Part shown: piece after piece, positions 58,085 to 64,000 of the stretch
How positions within the stretch are numbered: the first letter of the stretch is position 1
How the letters are laid out: each line of letters begins with the position of its first letter
Source: Candidatus Tayloriibacteriota bacterium
GTDB lineage: Bacteria > Patescibacteriota > Minisyncoccia > Phycocordibacterales > PALSA-1337
Reading direction: 5' to 3'
Length of the DNA stretch: 64,000 bases
NCBI GenBank assembly: GCA_052034805.1
Contig: JBPOID010000001.1
Location: 28,184 to 92,183 of the forward strand
Position numbers and translations under genes: made by a program
The notes under the pieces: model-generated
Seen by the model: only the letters and a program-made list of their open reading frames with translations
The model's database searches: none
Told to the model about the DNA's origin: nothing

Positions 58085-58468
58085 CTATGACTTCTCTTCT
58101 CCTATTCTTTTCAAATAAAATGAAGCACCATTATTCTTTACTGCAACACCTCTACCTCTAACCATATCTAAGACTTTCTTTGAATGTGGATAAGAATGGG
58201 CTACAGAACGCATGGATATATATGTTCCACGTATCCATGAAAGAATATGATAAGCTATCCATTGCATAAGTGCAATAGCACTATGTCTATTTATATATGA
58301 AATTATTCTTCGTGTAAATACATAAACAGAAGAGACCTTGTGATCAGTCTTCTCTGCTAATGATGATAACCATAATTTCTTATTAGTCTTCATCTCATAT
58401 GATTTCAGACTAATCATAATTATAATAGCTATTGCCGATATAAAAAATGAAATCATTGATACTGTCAT
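58085..58468 (-). CDS. Hypothetical small membrane protein
   Basis: ORF with an N-terminal TM helix. No motif recognised. Confidence 0.3.
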   Translation of the reverse strand: MTVSMISFFISAIAIIIMISLKSYEMKTNKKLWLSSLAEKTDHKVSSVYVFTRRIISYINRHSAIALMQWIAYHILSWIRGTYISMRSVAHSYPHSKKVLDMVRGRGVAVKNNGASFYLKRIGEEKS

Positions 58469-58483
58469 ATATTTATATGAATT

Positions 58484-59065
58484 TTATGAAGATTCGTATC
58501 TTGTGAATCTAGTTATTGCGATTTTCTCTCCGAATTTCTGTACAGCTTTATCTATAAGAGCTTGTATTGTTACAGAAGGATCCTTTATAAAGGGTTGATC
58601 TAGAAGTACCATTTCACTGAAATATGTTACAAGTTTTCCTTCGAGAATCTTTTCTTGCATATCTTTTGGTTTATCTTTTACTTCATTTAAGAATACTTCT
58701 CTTGCTGTAGAACGAGCTTCTTCTGTTATATCTTCTTTCTTTATGAATTTAGGATTTGTAGCTGTTATATGCATAGCTATATCTCTAGCTAATGTCTTGA
58801 ATTCATCATTACCTGATACGAAATCTGTTTCGCATGATAAAACTACCATAGTTCCAACATTTCCTGTTGAATGTATATATGACTGTACTGATCCTGCATT
58901 GAAATTTCTGTCTTTTTTCTTGGCTGAAAGTTCACCACTTTTCTTTTGGAGTATAACAATAGCCTTCGTCATATCTCCTCCGGCTTCTTCTAATGCTTTC
59001 TTGCATTGCATAATAGACACTCCTGTCTGATCACGCAGTTCCTTTATTTTTTCTGTTGTAATCAT
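58484..59065 (-). CDS. tsf: Elongation factor Ts
   Basis: N-terminal UBA-like ITTEKIKELRDQTGVSIMQCKKALEEAGGDMTKAI. Confidence 0.85.
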   Translation of the reverse strand: MITTEKIKELRDQTGVSIMQCKKALEEAGGDMTKAIVILQKKSGELSAKKKDRNFNAGSVQSYIHSTGNVGTMVVLSCETDFVSGNDEFKTLARDIAMHITATNPKFIKKEDITEEARSTAREVFLNEVKDKPKDMQEKILEGKLVTYFSEMVLLDQPFIKDPSVTIQALIDKAVQKFGEKIAITRFTRYESS

Positions 59066-59114
59066 ATTTATTTAATTAGATATATACGTAATAATAAACG
59101 TATACAGTATTATA

Positions 59115-59843
59115 CTATATCTTCTTAGTTTCTGTCTTGCCTAGAGCCTTACCTTCATTATAAGCCTTTACTATTTCGTCTGTGAAGAATTTTACGGATG
59201 ATTGTGATGCATCATTTGCAACTATAGGGTAATTTATGTCTCTTATATCACAATCTGATCCAGCCAAAGCTATAACTGGGATTTTCATATCTATAGCTTC
59301 TTTTACGGCAATCTTTTCTTTCTTTGAATCAACTACGAAAATAGCTTTTGGTAAATCCTTTAATGAAACTATTCCTGAGAAGAATTTCTCTAGCTTTGTT
59401 ATTTCGCGGTCTATAAGAAGTCTTTCTTTCTTTGTGTATTTTGCTAATTCTCCTTTTTCTCTTTCTGTTGTTAATTTCTCAAGTTTCTCTACTCTCTTTC
59501 TGATTTGGCTGAAATTTGTAAGAGTTCCACCTATCCATCTTCCATCTACGAAAGGCATACCTATTGACTGAGCTCCACGCTTTATGGAATTCCTAGCTTC
59601 ACTCTTTCCACCTACGAAAAGTATAGTTTTACCGTCTTTTGCTATTTCTTTTATAAAATTCTTTGCTTTATCCAATAGATTGGATGTTTTCTCTAAATCG
59701 AATATTTCTACTTTATTCTTTGTACCGAAAATATATGGAGCAATTGTAGGGTGTCTTCTGCTCTTAGAAAAGGCAAAATGCGCACCTACGCTGAACATAT
59801 TCTCTACATTGTTATTATTTGTTGTTTTTGTATCTTTTAACAT
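59115..59843 (-). CDS. rpsB: Ribosomal protein uS2
   Basis: GAHFAFSKSRRHPTIAPYIF ... DGRWIGGTLTN pattern. Sits upstream of tsf. Confidence 0.9.
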   Translation of the reverse strand: MLKDTKTTNNNNVENMFSVGAHFAFSKSRRHPTIAPYIFGTKNKVEIFDLEKTSNLLDKAKNFIKEIAKDGKTILFVGGKSEARNSIKRGAQSIGMPFVDGRWIGGTLTNFSQIRKRVEKLEKLTTEREKGELAKYTKKERLLIDREITKLEKFFSGIVSLKDLPKAIFVVDSKKEKIAVKEAIDMKIPVIALAGSDCDIRDINYPIVANDASQSSVKFFTDEIVKAYNEGKALGKTETKKI

Positions 59844-59867
59844 CGTTTATCGAGTCTATCAAATTTA

Positions 59868-60770
59868 TTATTTATTTGCAATCTCTTTAAGAGAATCAAT
59901 GATAGGGTCCAATTTACCCGCGAAAATAAGCGGTATATTGTGCCAACTCTCCTTTATTCTATGATCTGTAACCCTATCTTGCAAAATATTATATGTTCTA
60001 ATCTTTTCTGATCTATCTCCGGTACCTATTTGGCCTTTTCTATCGGCACTGAACTTCTTTGCTTCTTCTTCTTCTTTTAATGCTTCTAATTTTGCCATTA
60101 GAACCTCCATAGCCTTTTCGCGGTTTGCAGCCTGACTGCGCTCGGCGGTGGCACGTACATCTATGCCTGTTGGTTTATGGACCAATCTAACTGCTGTTTC
60201 AACTTTATTAACATTCTGACCACCTTTTCCACCTGCACGAGAGAATTCCATTTCTATATCTCCTGGATTTACTTCGAATTTGTATTTCTTTCTTATAGGC
60301 AAAATAGCAACTGATGCTGTAGATGTATGAACTCTACCCATTTTCTCTGTTGCTGGTATTCTCTGTACTCTATGTACGCCGGTTTCATATTTTAGAGAAG
60401 GATAAGCGTCTTTGCCTTTTATTTCTAAAGTTAATTCTTCTGTAACTCTAACTGACCAACCCTTTGCTTCTGAATATCTTTTATACATTTCCAATAAATC
60501 ATTAGCAAAGATATTTGCCTCATCGCCACCCGCTCCAGCACGGATTTCTAGTATCATTTCTTTTGGATATTCCTCTTCTTCTTTCTCAGCTTCCAATATT
60601 GTCTTTATTTGTTCTTCTATGGCTTTCTTTTGATCCTTTATAGATGCCAATTCGGCAATAGCAAGTTCCTTCATAGAAGCATCCTTTTCACTCATAGATA
60701 AAAGATCCGCTTCCTCTTTTTGGAGTTTTACTAGCATTTCTTCTAGAAATGCAGTTTTATGATTACTCAT
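59868..60770 (-). CDS. prfA: Peptide chain release factor 1 (short N-terminus)
   Basis: GGQNVNK motif and PAT tripeptide ([14 protein letters not shown]). Confidence 0.8.
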   Translation of the reverse strand: MSNHKTAFLEEMLVKLQKEEADLLSMSEKDASMKELAIAELASIKDQKKAIEEQIKTILEAEKEEEEYPKEMILEIRAGAGGDEANIFANDLLEMYKRYSEAKGWSVRVTEELTLEIKGKDAYPSLKYETGVHRVQRIPATEKMGRVHTSTASVAILPIRKKYKFEVNPGDIEMEFSRAGGKGGQNVNKVETAVRLVHKPTGIDVRATAERSQAANREKAMEVLMAKLEALKEEEEAKKFSADRKGQIGTGDRSEKIRTYNILQDRVTDHRIKESWHNIPLIFAGKLDPIIDSLKEIANK

Positions 60771-60775
60771 TTTAT

Positions 60776-61039
60776 TTAAGCTTTTTTAGTTTTAGCCTTT
60801 GCTTGACGGCTCTTGAATTTCTCTACTCTACCAGCACTATCTAGGGTCTTTTCTTGATTTGTATAGAAAGGATGTGAAGCACTAGAGATTTCAACATGAT
60901 GTACTGGGTATTCCTTACCATCAGTCCATTTGCCCTTTTCTGTAGTCTTTATTGTTGAAGATATAAGAAATTGCGCAAGAGATGAATTATCTATAAATAT
61001 AACTGGTCTATATTCTTTTGGATGTATTTCCTTTTTCAT
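60776..61039 (-). CDS. rpmE: Ribosomal protein bL31
   Basis: [15 protein letters not shown] and an overall L31 pattern. Confidence 0.8.
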   Translation of the reverse strand: MKKEIHPKEYRPVIFIDNSSLAQFLISSTIKTTEKGKWTDGKEYPVHHVEISSASHPFYTNQEKTLDSAGRVEKFKSRQAKAKTKKA

Positions 61040-61060
61040 ATTTTTATAAGAAACACTCTA

Positions 61061-62416
61061 TCATATACCCTGTAATGGGTCAATCATTGTTCTCTGTATA
61101 TTATCGGCCTTTGCCATAACCTGAGTTCCATAAGATCTTATAAGAGAAGATGTACTACAGGACTTTCCTGAATAATATTTGCATGCGGAATTCTGTTCTT
61201 TACTATAAGTTCCACCATTAGCACCTAGATCTCCAAGATAAATAGCAGAGGCCATGAATGCATCTTTTGGATCCCAAGGATTAGGTAAAACAGATCCAGA
61301 AAGACTAGATATTCTATCTTTAAATAACATCCATGTAGAAGGTATGAATTGTGCAGGCCCCATAGCACCACCCCAGCCAACAGATTGAGGACAAGAAACT
61401 AAAGTTTTTAATGGATCAAGTCCTAATGATTTTGTAATACTTATAAAAGGTTCTACATCTCTACTAGGCTTCATAACATTGGAAATAACTTTACCATTCT
61501 TTACACTGGCACCTATTCCAGTTTGAAAATCTGTTAAATAACAAGATCCAACATCAGAACCTAGAGAAGATTCTTGTGTGAGAATAGCCAGAAGAAATGC
61601 TGGTCTAACTCCAGTTTTCTGTGAAGCTAGATTCGCATATTTCAATGCATCTCCGAATGGTATGGCTTTTGCATCTCTTAGAGAGAATAAAGCAGCTCGT
61701 ATTTGTGCAGCTTTTTTGGCTTTATCTGCTATAACCTGAGAATACGTTAATTCATTACTTTTACTAATACCTAATAGTCTTTGTTTTTCGGCTTGATTGC
61801 TTTTTATATTTTTCTCTTCTTGTTGTATAGCATATCTAGCGTCTATTTCTTGGCTTCTTCTATCATCTAGATTTTGTTTTTCTTCTTCCGTTTGTGTTTT
61901 TGTATCTCTGATCTCTTCGAAAGTAGTTTTCAGTGATGATTGTAATGATTCAAATGTATCTAAATCAGAAAAAATACTACTTATATTATCCCCAGAAAGT
62001 AAAATTTCTGGAATAGAAATATTATCTATTTCACTAGTCTTTCGCATTATCTGGGAAAGAGTTTCCCTTCCACGCTCTATTCTCTCAAGCAGAGTTTCTA
62101 TAGTCTTTTGTTTATTTGATATATCTTTTCCTAAACTTTCTATAAGAATATTCTTTGCTTTTATATTCAATTGAGCAGACTTTATCTTTGCGTCTAATAT
62201 AGTAATATCGCGCTTCAAAGAAGCACTTTGAAGTCTTGTATCAGATAGTATCTTTTCTGTATCTCTTTGCTCTTGTTCTATCTGTGCCAACTCCGAACGC
62301 AAACGAGCTTCTCTCTGATCTGGAGTTTCATTGGTAGATTGTGCAAAAACTATATTTGAAGATAGAAATGAAAAAACAAATACTACGATGAAAACATTCC
62401 TGAATGTTTTATTCAT
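61061..62416 (-). CDS. Secreted coiled-coil protein with a C-terminal lytic transglycosylase (MltB/SLT-like) domain. Start taken at the signal-peptide Met, MNKTFRNVF.
   Basis: Signal peptide, about 200 aa of coiled coil, then TQESSLGSD ... GAMGPAQFIPSTW (compare GAMGQMQFMPST of MltB-like lytic transglycosylases). Confidence 0.6.
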   Translation of the reverse strand: MNKTFRNVFIVVFVFSFLSSNIVFAQSTNETPDQREARLRSELAQIEQEQRDTEKILSDTRLQSASLKRDITILDAKIKSAQLNIKAKNILIESLGKDISNKQKTIETLLERIERGRETLSQIMRKTSEIDNISIPEILLSGDNISSIFSDLDTFESLQSSLKTTFEEIRDTKTQTEEEKQNLDDRRSQEIDARYAIQQEEKNIKSNQAEKQRLLGISKSNELTYSQVIADKAKKAAQIRAALFSLRDAKAIPFGDALKYANLASQKTGVRPAFLLAILTQESSLGSDVGSCYLTDFQTGIGASVKNGKVISNVMKPSRDVEPFISITKSLGLDPLKTLVSCPQSVGWGGAMGPAQFIPSTWMLFKDRISSLSGSVLPNPWDPKDAFMASAIYLGDLGANGGTYSKEQNSACKYYSGKSCSTSSLIRSYGTQVMAKADNIQRTMIDPLQGI

Positions 62417-62438
62417 GAATATATTGTAACACAAGATA

Positions 62439-63122
62439 TTATTTCTTATCTTCTTTCTTTGCAGTTTTTGAAGCTTCGGCTGTATCAAGAGATACTTCTT
62501 CTCCTTCTTTTGCTTCTTTACCTTTCTTTTCAACTTCGATAGCACTCATATCTATAGGTTTTACTTCATCAACTTCTTCTTTAGCTACCGCAATAGATGC
62601 CACTATTTCGTCTTTATTTGCGATTAGAGTAACTCCAGATGGTATATTGATATCTTTTGCTGTTATAACACTTGTAAGTTCAGTTAAAAGAGATATATCA
62701 ACTTTTAATTCATGAGGTAAATCCTTTGGAGATGCTTCTATTTCTAGATCACGTAGAACTTTGACCAAGATTCCAGCTTTATCCTTTACTGCAGAAGAAA
62801 TGCCTTCGAATACTAGAGGTACATGAACCTTTACTTTTTTACCCTTTTCTATTACATAAAAATCAACATGACGTGGAGCATCTGTTATAGGGTGAGTATC
62901 AACATCATATATCAAAGCCTCATGTTCATGACTTCCTTCCTTTAGAATAATAACTGAAGATTCGCCGGCTTTTTTCCAAGCTTTTATGAAATCTTTCATT
63001 GGTATAGTTATAGGAGTACTTTTCTCTTTTGGACCATAAAATACCGCAGGAAGCTTGCCTGCCTTGCGTAGGCTTTCTAGATCAAGCTTCATATCTCTTT
63101 TTTCTACGTTTAAAGTAATCAT
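62439..63122 (-). CDS. rplY: Ribosomal protein bL25 / Ctc, with a Lys/Glu-rich C-terminal tail
   Basis: N-terminal RKAGKLPAVFYG and a beta-barrel pattern. Confidence 0.75.
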   Translation of the reverse strand: MITLNVEKRDMKLDLESLRKAGKLPAVFYGPKEKSTPITIPMKDFIKAWKKAGESSVIILKEGSHEHEALIYDVDTHPITDAPRHVDFYVIEKGKKVKVHVPLVFEGISSAVKDKAGILVKVLRDLEIEASPKDLPHELKVDISLLTELTSVITAKDINIPSGVTLIANKDEIVASIAVAKEEVDEVKPIDMSAIEVEKKGKEAKEGEEVSLDTAEASKTAKKEDKK

Positions 63123-63165
63123 AGATTGATACTTTAATATATGTAGGAATAAAAATCAAGTCTCA

Positions 63166-63789
63166 TTATTTGTGTGGGCCTAATAAACATCTATTTGCCG
63201 ACGGAGATGCATTATTACCCCAATATAATTTAAGACCAGTAGTTGGCGGATTTTCTAATGTATAATAAATAACATATTCATAATTATCTATATCTTCTAA
63301 GCCTGAAGGAGGAGGTGATGCATAAGGTATAGTTGTCTGACTAGGTACACAATCAGCAAAATTACTAGAAGACACACTAGATGATAGATATGTATAACAA
63401 AAATGTGGCAAAGCAGAAGATACATCTGCTGGATATGTATTCTGTTTAGGATCTACAGGAAGACTTGGTAAAAATCCTTCAGTAACTAAAACATCAAGCT
63501 CTGGAGACCATTTGCCCACTATCATACTTCCATTGCCACCTGCATTACCACAAGAACTCTTTCTATTTGAACCATCTGCATTTGCTACAGGATATGAACC
63601 ATATTTATCTTTATATAATTCCAAAGCTAATTGTAATTGTTTGAGACTCCCTATTCTTTGTGCATCTCTTGCTTTAGCTCTTGCTGTATTTAGACTAGCC
63701 AATACTACAGATGAAAGTAATCCGATTATAGAAATAACTACCAGTAATTCTATTAGAGTAAAACCTTTTGATGAATTTATTTTATACAT
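63166..63789 (-). CDS. Type IV pilin / pseudopilin (prepilin-type N-terminal cleavage and methylation motif)
   Basis: MYKINSSKGFTLIELLVVISIIGLLSSVVLASLN class III signal. Confidence 0.8.
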   Translation of the reverse strand: MYKINSSKGFTLIELLVVISIIGLLSSVVLASLNTARAKARDAQRIGSLKQLQLALELYKDKYGSYPVANADGSNRKSSCGNAGGNGSMIVGKWSPELDVLVTEGFLPSLPVDPKQNTYPADVSSALPHFCYTYLSSSVSSSNFADCVPSQTTIPYASPPPSGLEDIDNYEYVIYYTLENPPTTGLKLYWGNNASPSANRCLLGPHK

Positions 63790-63799
63790 AAAGATGTAT

Positions 63800-64000
63800 T
63801 TACAAAATGAATTTAAATAAGATGAATCCAGTAACGATTAAATTAAAAGCAAGAATACCTATCATAACGAGTTTAGCTCCGTTTTCATCCTTTGCTAAAC
63901 CCATTTTTATTATTAAACCAGTGAGACCTTTGTTTTGAGATTGTTGACTCATGCTTCTATAAGCATAATTCATCGATTGTGAGTCTGTATCAAATTCTAC
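63800..64000 (-). CDS. C-terminal end of a membrane protein. Only the 3' end of the gene lies in the window; the 5' end lies beyond the window end.
   Basis: In-frame minus-strand translation ...NYAYRSMSQQSQNKGLTGLIIKMGLAKDENGAKLVMIGILAFNLIVTGFILFKFIL-stop. Confidence 0.25.
   Translation of the reverse strand, partial: VEFDTDSQSMNYAYRSMSQQSQNKGLTGLIIKMGLAKDENGAKLVMIGILAFNLIVTGFILFKFIL

Noticed and set aside
62439-62545. 107-bp overlap between rplY and the lytic transglycosylase ORF
   Set aside because: The upstream Lys-rich extension of the transglycosylase ORF is probably not translated. The signal-peptide Met at 62416 removes the overlap.
1-64000. Alternative genetic code (UGA recoding as in some CPR lineages)
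   Set aside because: rpoB, rpoC, dnaE and other long genes are intact under the standard code, and UGA terminates at least the 4743-4856 peptide and ORF E.

Overview
The window is an AT-rich bacterial chromosome segment (about 30% G+C by eye). Long ORFs are intact under the standard genetic code. Gene content and architecture look like a Patescibacteria/CPR-type genome: a lysine-rich RpoD N-terminus, a single-chain PheRS, a NusB-Nudix fusion, and a short hinge-less SMC. Most of the window is core informational machinery: rpoB, rpoC, rpoD, dnaG, dnaE, gyrB, typA, hisS, thrS, a pheS-like gene, tsf, rpsB, prfA, rpmE, rpmF, rpsP, trmD, rnr, rnc, rnhB, smc, nrdDG, an IscS/IscU-like pair, pyrD, lexA and one tRNA-Thr(UGU). 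Type IV pilus / T2SS-like genes sit at both ends, and there are several secreted or surface proteins.

The feature that stands out is a ~2.5 kb island at about 40.66-43.19 kb, between rnr and smc, with clearly higher G+C (about 40-45% by eye). It carries five small transcription units on alternating strands: proteins of 86, 83, 92 and about 120-139 aa, plus two sRNA-like units. Each unit has a near-consensus sigma70 promoter (TTGACA-17/18-TATAAT-like, two with a TG extension), an AAAGGA/GGAAG-type Shine-Dalgarno and a rho-independent terminator. A 17-25 nt direct repeat (TAAACCCNAAA-CTCTATMWCACYACCAT) occurs four times, once in each intergenic gap (40661, 41331, 41721, 42146), plus a possible degenerate fifth copy at 43113-43125. 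One island protein is a sigma70-region-4/YlxM-like helix-turn-helix.

Other G+C-atypical single-gene insertions with the same promoter / ribosome-binding-site / terminator style are a 37-aa hydrophobic peptide (4743-4856), a 100-aa ORF next to the lexA operon (10149-10451), and a 404-aa secreted protein upstream of rpoB (34360-35574). All functional assignments are from motif recognition by eye. No database search was run.
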